In this document: in pieces, positions 13,903-25,800 of the stretch | Position numbering within the stretch: the stretch's first letter is position 1 | Layout: the number at the start of each line of letters is the position of its first letter | Program-made: the position numbers and the translations under genes | Assembly: GCA_013239625.1 (NCBI GenBank) | Contig: MU054323.1 | Span: forward strand, 17,302,029 to 17,366,028 | Source of the DNA: Lama guanicoe | Lineage: Eukaryota | Reading direction: 5' to 3' | Length of the DNA stretch: 64,000 bases | Notes under the pieces: model-generated | What the model was told of the DNA's origin: nothing | Databases searched by the model: none | What the model saw: the letters and a program-made list of their open reading frames with translations, nothing else

Positions 13903-14905
13903 GTAAGGTTCTAATGGTACAGTCTAGAGGGTTGATCAAAGGTTTCTGAGGCCAGGGATGCAGATGGTCAATGTGAGTGTTTGTCACCAGTAACCACAGT
14001 GTATGTAAAGTGGCTGAAATGCAGTGATGGGGTAGAAGAGAAGAGAGATGGGCAGGGAAGAGAGGTGGCCAGGCTGGCTACAGGAAGGAGGTACTTAACT
14101 ACCTGGTGGAAATTACTTTAGAAAAATAAGTACTTTCACTCTAATGCCTACACAGACCTTCTATTACTGCATGTTGCTAACCACTTCAAAAATAGTTGTT
14201 TCACTAAACTTGCCAGGTTTAAAACTGCAGTTGAAAGGTCAGAATGTGATTTCTTTCATTAATTCAAGAAATGTTTATTGAGCACCTATTGTGTATCAGG
14301 CACTGTTCTATAAACTGAATATACTACAAAGAACAAAACAGACAAAAATCTTTGCCACCTGGAGCTGACTATTTAGGCCAGTTAGTAAGTAAATTAAATT
14401 GTGATGAGTGCCATAGATAGAAATAAAACAAATAAGGGAGGGGTGGTGGTTGAATGGATTTCACACTAAGAAGAAACAGGAAGGGCTGATTAGGGAGAAT
14501 CTGGGCTTCACAGGGAACAGAAGCAACCCTTAGCAAAGCTTCCTGATGACCTGGATTTCCTTCAACCTCATCCCAACTCAACGAGGAAAGCAGAATCACT
14601 TCTGTGGGTGCTTTACCCCAGAAAAAGATGCTATCTCCCAAGTCAGGGCTCCTCTAAAGGACGACATCTCACCGTATCCCCCTTATACCCACACTCAATT
14701 CAGCTAATGAATCAGCATTCCTACTCATACCCAGCCTTTAGCTTGTACCCTATTATGTAAGCAACCTGGTTTGTAGAGAGCCCTGGAGAGAGAACTTTAC
14801 AGCTGAGCTTCATCTGAGAAACACTATCTCTTGGTATAATCTATGTGTTCAGAGAGCCAATTTCCCACTGTACACCCTGAGAACTATTACCTCCATTCCT
14901 GTTAG

Positions 14906-15070
14906 GTCATCCATGGCGAAGCTGTACAAAGGGCTGGCTTCCCAGTGTGCAAATGCCGGGCAAGATGCTTCTCCCACTGCAGGGCCTGAGGCTGTCCGTG
15001 ACAGCGGGATCCACTCAGAAGAGATGCTGCAACCCTACCCTTCTGCTCCCAGTTCTGGCCCTTCTGTCAC
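14906..15070 (+). CDS. ARHGEF33: ARHGEF33 coding exon
   Basis: ttcctgttag|G...AC|gtaagt; 165 nt, phase 2 to 2; SSMAKLYKGLASQCANAGQDASPTAGPEAVRDSGIHSEEMLQPYPSAPSSGPSV(T). Confidence 0.92.
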
Positions 15071-17423
15071 GTAAGTACCTGTTGCTGTGTGAAGGTTAAT
15101 GGCAATGCCCTCAGGTCCCAGGCAGTCTGTGTAGGGTAGCACACCAGCCTGCATTAGGAGTATAATCTACAGGACTCTCCTCCCTCCAGCCCCATCAGAC
15201 TGTATGTGCCAGACAAGAAGCTGACCCCATGCTTGGATCCCAGAGGAAGGTACTAAAGTCAGGCAGCAGGCCTAGAGGCTGGTACTGGAATAGAAGAGAG
15301 TGCCATAAAACTACAGGAAGGCATCTTGCAGCCCATCAGAAGGGTGGGAACACACTTAAGGTCTCCAAAAGATTTAGTGGAGAAAAATGGAATCCTGGTT
15401 GGGGGTCAGAGGAAGCCTGAGCTCTGAGGATGAGAAATAATAGGTCTGAGGTGATACAGACAGGATGTTGTTTAGTCCTTCCCAATTCTCCTTGAAGCTT
15501 CTTCAGAAAGCGACTTCATGAGCTCTGTTCTTCGCTTATGATAGCTTCTCCAAAAACTCTTTTGGGCAGTGACTGGATTTGACAGTCTTTTAAAGTTTCT
15601 GCACACAACTCTCTTGCACACTAAGCTCGATTCTTATTCAGCAAACTTCTTGATCTTTAGGATAAAGATCAGGCCATTTACATATGTGGAACTTATTTTA
15701 CCTCTGAAGGGTAAGTCAACTTGGCTGCCTTTGAAACCAGGAATTCTGTAAGAATAAGGGAAATCAAATCTCGAAATTCCAGATCCCTACTTTACCAAAT
15801 ACAGACAATTCTCAAAAAACGAATTCTTCAGACCAGTTTCTACTTTGGTTTTTCTTATCTTAAGGAAAATTGAAAAATCACGCAAGAAGCTACGTTTCTT
15901 TTCTAAAACTACAATGAAGTGGGAGGTAGGCAATTGAGATTATTTCAATTTTTAATCACTAGTTTTTAGAATACCAATTACAATCACTGGAAGGAACAAC
16001 TAATCAATAATACAAAATAAATCCTGTTTCCTTTCTGCCTTCATCTCTTAAAACAGAACATTTAGAGCGAGGGATGGAAGTGCAAATGTGTAGAGGCAGG
16101 AGGGAGAAATTTCATAATCATTCTGAAAACCCATGAGACATTAATCTTCCTATAAAGAGAGCCCAGGATGATTTTCTTCCTATAGAAAAAATCGTAGAAT
16201 TCCCGTAGGGAGAGAACTTCACACAGAAAAAATACATTTCCAGGAAGCAGAATTTTACTTTGTGGGATCACTTTAGCAGTTAAGACAATGATAAAACTAT
16301 CTTCTTTGAAGTGAGACAAATACAGCCAAAAAATGAATCCCGAGAGATTATATCCAGGCTGAACAAGACTTTCCCAGGCTGTTGCACTCTGTCTTGGGGA
16401 AACAGCCAGGAAAAAACCCAATAACAATCGTACAAGTTGAGAGAATTCAAGTCAATATTGCTTTTTACCTCTGTAAACGTGAGACCTAATTTTCATCCTG
16501 GGACCACCAGAGGTTAGCGTTTACATCTTCATTATGCATTTTTGTGGCAGAATCAAGTATGAATAACGTAGCACAATAACCAGTTTGGGTCAGTATCTAG
16601 TAGTCTACTCACATCTGTCTGGCAATTAAATTCCAGTAGAACTGGCAAATCACATCCAATCTAATGGGTATGCTATATAAATTATTCTTTATCCATGATT
16701 AAACAAAAAACCCTCCATGAAGTTGGGTATATTCAGAGTGACAGTCTTTCACTTTAGTAATGCTTTTGTGGGTGGAAGTTTGAGATGACCGATACAGCAT
16801 GCTCTATGGCCACAAGTCATTTGTTTTTTATTATGAAAATCTCAAACATCCACAAAAGTAAAATGTACAGTGAATCTCACGTACCATCATCCACATTCAA
16901 CAGTCATCAAGATTGTACCCCACTTCCTTCATCTGCCAATTTCATTGTTCTTAAGCATTAAGACCCATGAGTTGAACAAAAGTTGTTTCCATTATTCTAC
17001 ATGACTCTACTAGGGCATGAAAGGGAAAAAAGGGGTGCATTGGGGCCTTGACACGTGGTAGGGAGGGTCAGGGCTTCCACACAGGGAATGAAGAGCACCT
17101 TGGCCTACCAGCCATCTCTACGCAGTGCGTCCTCGCCCAGACTGGTACTTCTGGCATCCCCTTCACAGATGGTCACTTTCACTCTCCCACTTGGGGGACC
17201 AGGGCTCGTAGGAACTCCGTAATCGCAGAAGCCAGTGGCGCTTGGTGGGTAACTTGTAGGTGCCTGGGTTGGGGGCTGCGGGGGACGGAGAGGAGAGGAG
17301 CTGGCAATTTGCCCCTAAACTGTATCTAGCAGGAAGCGTGTTGCTCTCAGCCCCGCTGCTCGGTGAGAGGCCTGCACCAACAAACCGTGAGCACACCTTT
17401 TGCGTTCTGTTTCCCCTTTAAAG

Positions 17424-18310
17424 GCATTTGATGCCCCCAGTGAAGAAAAGCCAACAGCAGCAAAGCTTGATGGAGAGCATGCAGCCCGGAAAGCCCAGTG
17501 ACTGGGAGATGGAGGGCAGAAAGCACGAGAGGCCCGAGAGCCTCCTGGCGCCGGCGCAGTTCTGTGCCGCCGAGCAGGACGTGAAGGCGCTCGCCGGGCC
17601 CCTGCAGGCCATCCCGGAGATGGACTTCGAGCCCTCGCCGGCCGAGCCGCTGGGCAACGTGGAGCGCTCCCTGCGCGCCCCGGCCGAGCTCCTGCCCGAC
17701 GCCCGCGGCTACGTGCCCGCTGCCTACGAGGAGTTCGAATATGGCGGCGAGATCTTCGCGCTGCCCGCGCCCTACGACGAGGAGCCCTTCCAGGCCCCGG
17801 CCCTCTTCGAGAACTGCTCGCCCGCCTCTTCCGAGTCCAGCCTGGACATCTGCTTCCTGCGGCCCGTCAGCTTCGCCATGGAGGCCGAGCGGCCTGAGCA
17901 CCCGCTGCAGCCGCTACCCAAGAGCGCCACGTCGCCGGCCGGCAGCAGCGGCGCCTACAAGCTGGAGGCGGCGGCGCAGGCGCAGGCGCAGGCGCACGGC
18001 AAGGCCAAGCCGCTGAGCCGCTCGCTCAAGGAATTCCCGCGCGCGCCGCCGCCCGAGGGCGTGGCCCCGCGCCTCTACAGCACGCGCAGCAGCAGCGGCG
18101 GCCGCGCGCCGCTCAAGGCCGAGCGCGCCGCGCAGCCGCACGGCCCCGCCGCCGCCGCTGCAGCCGCCGCTCGCGGCGCGCCCAGGACCTTCTTTCCCCA
18201 CCGCGCCGCCGCCCGGCCCCGCCGCCGCCGCTGCAGCCGCCGCTCGCGGCGCGCCCAGGACCTTCTTTCCCCAACAGAGGTCCCAAAGCGAAAAGCAGAC
18301 CTATTTGGAA
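17424..18310 (+). CDS. ARHGEF33: ARHGEF33 large GC-rich coding exon (contains a 73-bp duplication that shifts the frame in this sequence)
   Basis: cccctttaaag|G CAT TTG ATG CCC...TTG GAA|gtaagg; overlaps ORF 17428..18369. 887 nt as given. Removing one 73-bp copy gives 814 nt (1+271 codons) ending RTFFPQQRSQSEKQTYLE, in phase with the next exon. Confidence 0.9.
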
Positions 18311-18370
18311 GTAAGGCGGGTAAAGTAAAACCGAACCCAAACGCACCAATCTGGCGTTCCCGGGCCTAGA
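17520..18370. promoter_or_regulatory. Intragenic CpG island over the large ARHGEF33 exon
   Basis: Very high GC and dense CpG in an otherwise CpG-depleted window. Confidence 0.85.
18128..18273 (+). repeat. 73-bp tandem duplication (2 copies)
   Basis: 18128-18200 vs 18201-18273: last 60 bp identical; first 13 bp differ by two A-to-C changes. Confidence 0.95.
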
Positions 18371-19439
18371 TTTCCAGGGTGCATCCTGGCCTCACCTAGC
18401 GTGGAAGGGAAGCAGGCTGGTGAGGTGTGGGAGCGGAGGCCTGGCTGGACCAGGATGCTCAGGGAGAGCCCGGGTTCAAGGCTTGTTCCTCAGTGGCCCA
18501 GGGAGGCGGGTATTAGCGCCCATTCTGCAGTACCAGCACACAAGAGCACACCATACCTGTATACATATATACATACATATGACGTCAAAAAGACCTGGGT
18601 TCCTCTTAGACCTGCATAACATCACCCCTGTCCCCATTAAAAAGTTAGAGGTGTTTTCTGCCTGCCTGCTTAAGCTGTGGCACCTCCCCGTTGCACTTCA
18701 CTTGTCCCCGATCTGTCCGTTTCTTCCTTTGCCTGTTAGGCGCATCCCTTGTTTACCTGTTTAAAATAGTGAACCCTGTGTGCCAGCCTACCCGACTCCC
18801 TGACCTACACCCCCCTTGTTTGCAGCTAGGGAGGGGCAAGTTGCCCTGTCTCACTAAGGACTCCCTGCAAAGTTAGCTGCAAAGCTAAATTCATTTCCGC
18901 TGGCTTTCCTTTTGCCTGGAAAAGGGTGTCACATCACTTTGCAGGCCCCAGTGGGACAAAGACAACACAAAATAGTGAAGGAAGTGTTGACTCACAAACA
19001 CCTTCTTTGGCCTCTATGTGGATGTTTTGTGTTTTGATGTCTAACCTTGGTGTCTAAAAGCCTTGGGGTATTTAAAGAGGTGTTTAAATGCATATCCACA
19101 AAAGACTAATAGTTCCTGAGCGAATACGTAATTTCTCTGTAAGTAATTGGAGCAAAGGCAATTTCTGATTAAGCAGAGAGTAACAGGGTGGCTTTGACCT
19201 TTGCCCCCATCCTTCCTGTTTATCATTCTGGAGTTGGTGGTTAGGGTTTACAGGGCAGCTCTGTATTGATTTATACAACTTGAAAATGACAGTCCCGGAC
19301 TGCCTTTACCTGTACTAAGGAACACTTGCAGCCAGCACTGTAGAATCCTTTGCCTAGGTGAGAAAGGGGTTTTCCCCACAGGAATGCGGGCCCTGTATTC
19401 CACCTGTTCCCATTTCCAAGTGAGTGAGAACTCCTTTCT

Positions 19440-19700
19440 TTCATTCATTTTTCAACAAACACTGAGCACCTGCCTTGAAGCAGGCTTTGTGCTAAGTGCT
19501 GAGAGTTCAGAAATAAGTGGCATCCAGTCTCTGCCCTCAGGACCACTGGCTTAGCCCAGGAAGGACACACATAAACACAGAATCATAGTAAACTCTGGAA
19601 GCACAAGGCTGGGTATTAAACCCTCCTGAGGTGATGGTGGTCAGGGAAGTCTTCTTAGATAAGTTGAAAGTCTGAATTCGATTTTAAAGACTGCTTAGAA
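19440..19700. mobile_element. LINE-2 3' fragment (host of the tRNA-half insertion)
   Basis: ttcattcatttttcaacaaacactgagcacctgcc...tgtgctaagtgctgagag...gtcagggaagtcttctt. Confidence 0.65.
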
Positions 19701-19716
19701 GTTGGCTAGAGCCAGG

Positions 19717-19754
19717 GGCCGGTTAGCTCAGTTGGTTAGAGCGTGGTGCTGATA
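19717..19754 (+). pseudogene. Tailless tRNA-Ile 5'-half retropseudogene with target-site duplication
   Basis: GGCCGGTTAGCTCAGTTGGTTAGAGCGTGGTGCTGATA matches the 5' half of mammalian tRNA-Ile up to the anticodon loop; flanked by tagaagttggctag at 19696-19709 and 19753-19766. Confidence 0.88.
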
Positions 19755-20760
19755 GAAGTTGGCTAGGTGAAGGGTGGGGTAGGGAAATAGGAAAAAAGGC
19801 TCATGAGCCTTTACAAAAAATAAAGCAGGGTGAGCCTTTCCTTTTGCATACTGTGCCACGTGGGAGTAGTGGACATTATGGCAGAGAAAAGGGCACATGA
19901 AAAGCCTTGGAGCTTGCAGCCCACCTGGACTCCAGGAATGAAAGTCTGTGTCTTGTTCCTGAGAGGGTAAAAACTCCTTCATGTGCTCAGCTAAGGCTGC
20001 TGAGGCTCCCCGGGATTCTCAGATTTCCTTCTGCCTCCGATATTCAACCCTGAACTTTATAAAACTCCATTAAGCAAAATTACCTAGACAATCAAAGTTA
20101 GGCATGTGTCAAAGTTCATTAACCAGGGAAGTAGAAAGGAAATAATAGTGCCAATTCAAAGTGACTTGAGATGGGCAGAGATTTACATACAAAACCCTGT
20201 AACTAGTGTAGTTTAAGCTGCAAAGAATGCTTTTATTTCATATGTTCATAGAAATGTCTTCTTTTCCCTAGTTGACATGTGAAAGGTTGGGAGCTCAACA
20301 AATGCCAGGCAAAAACCATTCATTAGAAATAACAAGTAGTATTTTACTTGCTAAGCAAATATTTTAATTGCTGAGAAGCAAACAATGAGTAAAATATCTG
20401 TGGCTATGTATCAGACATACCAAATAACAACAATTTATCAGGGACTGTTAATCAGACATACTAGAGAGCAAGTTTTATCCCCTGACAGTATCAGACAGAG
20501 TCCAGTCAGTTCAGAAAGTGACACCAAGGAGGTATCAAATGGAGGTCAGTTAATAGAGGCCTTTTCTCTTTCAGTTATCAGTAAATTTTCCAAGCATATG
20601 AATTTTTCAAAGTTCACACTGCATATTTCTGTTTATGGATAAAATTTTTCTTTCTAAAAGCTCAGAAGGCGTGGATTGGTGGGAGTCCTAGAGAAAAGTG
20701 GCATGCAGAGTCCAGGTGGGCAGAGGCTGTGGGTGAGCATGCTAGTAGGGGTGGCCCTGC

Positions 20761-20830
20761 ATGTGTGTGTGTATGTGTGCATTCATCTGTACGTGTACAT
20801 GTGTGTATCTGTGCCTGTTTGTGAGTGTGT
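20761..20830. repeat. Degenerate (TG)n microsatellite
   Basis: Interrupted TG repeats. Confidence 0.7.
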
Positions 20831-21039
20831 CTGAGGTGGGAGCAAGATGGGGGTTTTACTTGCAAAAGATTAACCCTTCAAAAGCCCCATCTTTAAAGGT
20901 ATCAGCTCTTTCCTACTGAGATGTGCAAAGTTCCTGGTGTTCCATCTCCTCAAATATACTCTGTGTATCTCCCACCGCTGCCCTCAGAGCCAGCCCAACC
21001 CTAGTTTTTAAATTGTTCTGTCTCTAAGAGTCAAGAAAG

Positions 21040-21290
21040 AGGACAGTATGCTTTAGTGAAAAAAGAGCACCCGACTAGGTGTCAGATCTGAGTTCTGGTC
21101 TAGACTCTGTTGCCAAATAGCTGTGTGCTTTTGGACAGTTCATTTGGCTTCTCTGTGCCTCCAGTTTTCGCATCTGTGAAAATGAGACAGTATGTACTTT
21201 ACCTACCTCACAGGGTTGTTGTGAGGATAAGGCCAAAGAAGATAAAGTTTGTGAATATGCTTTGTAAAGTATAGAATGTTATAAAAATGC
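21040..21290. mobile_element. MIR SINE
   Basis: MIR core ctctgtgcctccagttttcgcatctgtgaaaatgag...acctacctcacagggttgttgtgaggataa. Confidence 0.8.
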
Positions 21291-21374
21291 AAGATATTGT
21301 CAAGATTGTGATTCCAGAGAAATATTTTCCTTAAATTATAAATAGATTTAGTTCCTAAAAAGTGCCTAAAAGGA

Positions 21375-21695
21375 CCACTTCTCTAATTATGGTCCTTGGG
21401 CTAGTAGTGAATATTATCACCCAGGAGCTTGTTATAAATGCAGAATTTGGGCTCCATCTGTGCTGAGCATTTTAGCAGAATTTCTAGGTGATTCATGTAA
21501 ACATTAAGTGCAGGTGGGCAGGAGATTACCTTAAACCACTGGTTTTCAAAATCTAAGTGTGCAAAACCATTGTCTAGGTCTAACTTCAGAGATTCTGTTT
21601 CAGAAAGTCTGGGGTAGGGCTCAGGAATCTGAGTTTTATTAGAAGCCTCAGCTGATCCTGTAGCCTCAGGACCACACTTTCAGAAACACCGCACT
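21375..21695. mobile_element. Two adjacent MER5-like elements
   Basis: atcacccaggagcttgttataaatgcagaatt, and gtctggggtagggctcaggaatctg...ggaccacactttcagaaacac. Confidence 0.6.
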
Positions 21696-22049
21696 AAGCC
21701 ACCGAGATGCTGATCTCCACAGTTAAGTTATGAATCTTAGGAAGATCTCAGAAAACCTCTAGCTCTGCTACTACAACTCCAAGTTAAAGTCTCAAAGTCA
21801 AACCCATGTTTTCTGAAAAAAATTCATCCCCACTCTTTGCTTCTCTATCAGCAAGTAGTCACCCATCCAATTCATGAAACTTCCATGGTGGTTTTTGCTT
21901 TGACTTCTCAAATTCTCTTTTTTGGATTCAAAATCAAGCAGCTATTTTTGGCTGCTTTTTAAAAAGAGTTCACAAAAGAGAGGACCTTATTTTTTAAATT
22001 TATTTTTACTTCACACTGTAAATAGCATGGATTAAGAATTGTAAAAAAT

Positions 22050-22142
22050 GGGAGGGAGGGTATGGCCCAGTGGTAGAGTGTGCGCTTAGCAAGCATGAAG
22101 TCCTGGGTTCATTCCCCAGTACCTCTATCAAAATAAAAAAAA
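22050..22142 (+). mobile_element. tRNA-derived SINE (camelid Vic-1-like), short form
   Basis: GGGTATGGCCCAGTGGTAGAG...GGGTTCATTCCCCAGTACCTC plus A tail; 16-bp TSD with 2 mismatches at 22034-22049 and 22143-22158. Confidence 0.85.
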
Positions 22143-22680
22143 AAGAATTATAAAACATGTATTAAAGGCATATGTGCAGGTTGGAAATATTAGTTGACAT
22201 TTACTTCTAAACAAATTTGACCTCTCAAAAACGCCTTCCCTCATTAGTGTCTAAAATGGAGAATTAGGAACACAAGTTTAAAACTAGTATTATAATCAAG
22301 GAACATTCTTATTTTGTAGAGAGAGAAACATACCCAGAGCTTTGAGGGAACTACTAGTGGTTTTCCAGCAAGATAGTATTGTTACCCGAGTAAGAAGTTA
22401 ATCTTCCTTTATTTCCTGACCTTTAATTGTTGTTATATCATAATCCTACTCTAGACTATTTGCTTTGACAGGTAGAAAATACCTCTACACTCAAGAGAAA
22501 ATTTTCCTCTTTTCAACTGATTCTTAATTAGCCTAGGCTTGCTTAGGGGAACAGGGTGCCCACCGTTAGTCTTTTAGGGAGGGAGAGGGACGGTGACAAA
22601 GTTAAAAAAGTTGTCCCCTAGTCAGGATCGATATTATCTTTGGAAAAGAGTAAAAATACACCTCTCTCTTGTGTTTTCAG

Positions 22681-22820
22681 GAGATGCACTTAGAAGATGC
22701 CACCAGATTCTGTCCAAAGGAGGAAAGAGAAAGCGAACAAACATCTTTCAGCGATCAAAACCCCAGGCAAGACCAGAAAGGGGGCTTTCGCAGCTCCTTC
22801 CGCAAGCTCTTTAAAAAGAA
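22681..22820 (+). CDS. ARHGEF33: ARHGEF33 penultimate coding exon
   Basis: gtgttttcag|GAG...AA|gtgagt; 140 nt; EMHLEDATRFCPKEERESEQTSFSDQNPRQDQKGGFRSSFRKLFK(K). Confidence 0.92.
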
Positions 22821-25800
22821 GTGAGTAGCCCTTAGACAAGACAGCATTGTAACTCATTTCCCTGTGGGCTGAGTCTTGAGGGTTTAACAGTCATAAGTAT
22901 CAAGTAGCCTGGTTTCACACAACTGCTTCAAAGCTCAGTGCCTGCACCCAGTAGCCACGATTCCTGCCAGGTGAAGATGTTTCTCACTGTACTCTCCTAG
23001 AGTAAAAGCAAACGCAGCTCTGTCCTCTGCCTCTTCTATCTTTTAGTCCTACCTTCCTTGTTCCCAAAATCATGTGTCTTGAAAGAGGTGAGCAGAGGAG
23101 GTCCCCTGGGAAGTGAGCTGGTGACAGTCAAATCCCCTTTGCCCGGGAGGAGTGGGACCCACTATTGCGAATCTCCCCACCGGCGGGGAGTTGCCCAGGC
23201 ATCGCAGCGCTCTGCCAGCTGGGCCTGTAGTTATCCTGGTTGCTCGCGCATGTTTGGGGGGACCTCTGCTAATGTTGTCCCTAGCAGAAATGATTGAAGG
23301 ATATGGCTTGGGCACTAGTTAAAAAAAAAAATCACTTTAATGGAGTTTCCATACTCCATAGGAGGCAAAAACAAGGCATTTCCCTTCTGTGGTCCTTACT
23401 GTATGAAATCACCCACCGGTCATTTTGGCCAGCACTTATTAGCACTGTCTCATAGACTGGGAGACCGTGGCCAAAGCCCAGCATGAAATGTAAGAAGGAA
23501 GAGCTGAGCATTAGCATTTGACGTAGGGGGATTCTGCAGGCCGGCCGCTGCCTGCCTGGGAGATGGCTGGCTCCCTCTCCACTGGTCCTCAGGCTGACTG
23601 CCCTCTCCCTTATGGAGACTGTGCCTTAGTTTCTCTTGGTAGAGGAGGTTCTTGCTTTAGGTTTTAAACATTAAGTCTTCATATTTTAGTGGGTGGAAAA
23701 GCTAAAGACACTATTGCTGCCTCTGGAGAGTTGCCGGTAAGTGAGGAAGTGTAGGGAAGTCACTTTGTCCTTGAGGGTGGAGGTTTCTGGCTGATTTAGA
23801 TAATGGTCTTGGAAGAATTGGGGGCTGGCCTGGAGTGAGGACTTTGGTGGATGGTTCGTCAAATTCCTCTCCTATGGGGAGGGTAGTACTGAGATTAGTG
23901 GGTCTCTGTTGGTCCCCGCCTGCTGGCCCTGGAAGAAGAGGGAAGGGGAGAGGCAGCCCTACTCCTGAGCCCCCTTTCAGTTTTGCTAAACTGGGCCCAT
24001 GCATGCATGCCTCCTGCCAGACGCCCTTTATTCATTGGGTAACGAGCTAAGAATTGTATCTCTCACTCTAGGATCACAGATTTAGGTCTTTTCTGACCCA
24101 GTACTTACCTTGAGTTTGTCGGGGGGGGGGGGGAGAGGCCTGGAAGCTAACAACTGTCCGGCCTGACCTTGGGATTAGGCTTCTAAATCCTTCTAAGGAT
24201 TCCAGACTCCTAAGGGGACTGCTTGAGCCTATCTTGTAATTTTTATTTATTTATTTATTTTTAAAATTTTATTTATTTTTGTTTTAAAACCACATTATTT
24301 CCAAAGCAGACAGCCACTTTCTGCCCAGTGCCATTTATCGTGACTGGGTACCATTGGAGAGCAGTGAGTCACGGATCTACCACTGGTTCCTTTACAAATT
24401 CCCGTTTTGCAGAGATGTAAGCAAACTCTGCCAGTTACCTGAGGCAGAGGGCGTGGACTTGTCCTCTCTGTATGCAGGGGGCAGAACTAGGAGCAACGGG
24501 TAGGAGGAAGGACTTTCTAAAAATGCAGCTGCCTGGAACTGGGGTTGGCTGCCGCGTGAAGGAGTGGGTCCTCTTCTGGGGAAGCTAGATGGCCCTGGTC
24601 AGGGAAGCTATGAAAGGGATTTCCGCCCTGGGTGGGACTGACGCCCGAGTGAGTTCTAGTCCTGAGATTTGCTTCTTCTGTAGCTTGACTTTGTTGTAGA
24701 TCAGTCTGGGTGATCATATCTTTTTAACATCTGAAACAAGAAATGAATATGGCTTTGGGACCTATAATTTTAAAGACACATAATGGACAAGACCAGATTT
24801 TATCTTTCTCTAGCCCCCCTACTGCCCTTGGTTCGATGCTGAGGACTTGGCTGTGGACTCTCCAAATTCCTGCTGGTTAATTGCTTTCAGCCCTCTTGCA
24901 GCTTTTTAGGCTTCTTCCTAGAGGGCTGGGTGGATCCCCTCAGTCCTTTTATCCTTTCTCCTAGACTAGTCCCTCCTGCATCAGTTCTGTTGCTGCCACC
25001 AGTCCTGGCACTGCCCTTGTATTTACAATCTGAAGTGTCACACGGATGGAAGTAAAGGTGGCACCACACAGATGGCTGCTCCCTCTGGCTTTTTACATCT
25101 TGTGTAGGACTGTGAGCACCATCATGTGGTGGCACGCTGGGGACTTGGCAGGGTATAAATAAGCAGTTTGAGTAGCTTCTCCTGAGTGTTTTCATCTACG
25201 AACCATGAAAAGTTTGTTCCATTATCCTAAGGTGGAGAGGAAGGGCAGGGAGACCCCAACATAGCACAGAAAGTTCAGTGGCTCTTAACTCAGATGAGAA
25301 CACACGATTCTTCTCCTTAATGAAACATTCTTTATTATGTGCGTGTACTGTGTGAGACATTTGTCTAGGAATCGTGAATAACTTGCTTGGTCCCAGCCGT
25401 TATTAGAAACTTGGACTCTGAAGCCAGGCATGTGGACAAGTACAGGGAGGAACCAGAGACATTCAGCCCCTCCTCCTCCTCCTGTATGTCGGGAGGTCAG
25501 GCTGGCAGCAAGCCCTGTGACTTCAAGATGTGGTTAATTCTGGGTACTGGAACCATGGAAAAAAAGAGGCTGGCCTCAGAGGTCCAAAATGGACTAGCAC
25601 CAGAAAAGCCATCTTTGTCACACCTGGGGCTCGCTGCCTGCCTCCCCCACAGCCCTCTGGAGGCTCATTCCGTCTACACTGACACACTTTTTGTATCCGT
25701 AGGGGCTTGTTTGGCTGGTGGCCCCACACACCCAGAATGCTGCTTCGGGATGAAGCTAGGCCTGGAGCCAGATGCAACAGAAAACCTGAGAAAGGGTTCT

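Noticed and set aside
17347..17901. 184-aa antisense ORF and other overlapping ORFs at 17418-18349
   Set aside because: Shadow ORFs of a very GC-rich coding exon where stops are rare; low-complexity products with no recognisable domain.
17428..18369. 313-aa ORF as a standalone gene
   Set aside because: It is an internal ARHGEF33 exon; its C-terminal part comes from the duplication frameshift and read-through into the intron.
19717..19754. Functional tRNA-Ile(GAT) gene
   Set aside because: The 3' half and B-box are missing, so it cannot form a cloverleaf.
22593..22814. 73-aa ORF
   Set aside because: Alternative frame of the penultimate ARHGEF33 exon, relevant only if the 73-bp duplication is real.
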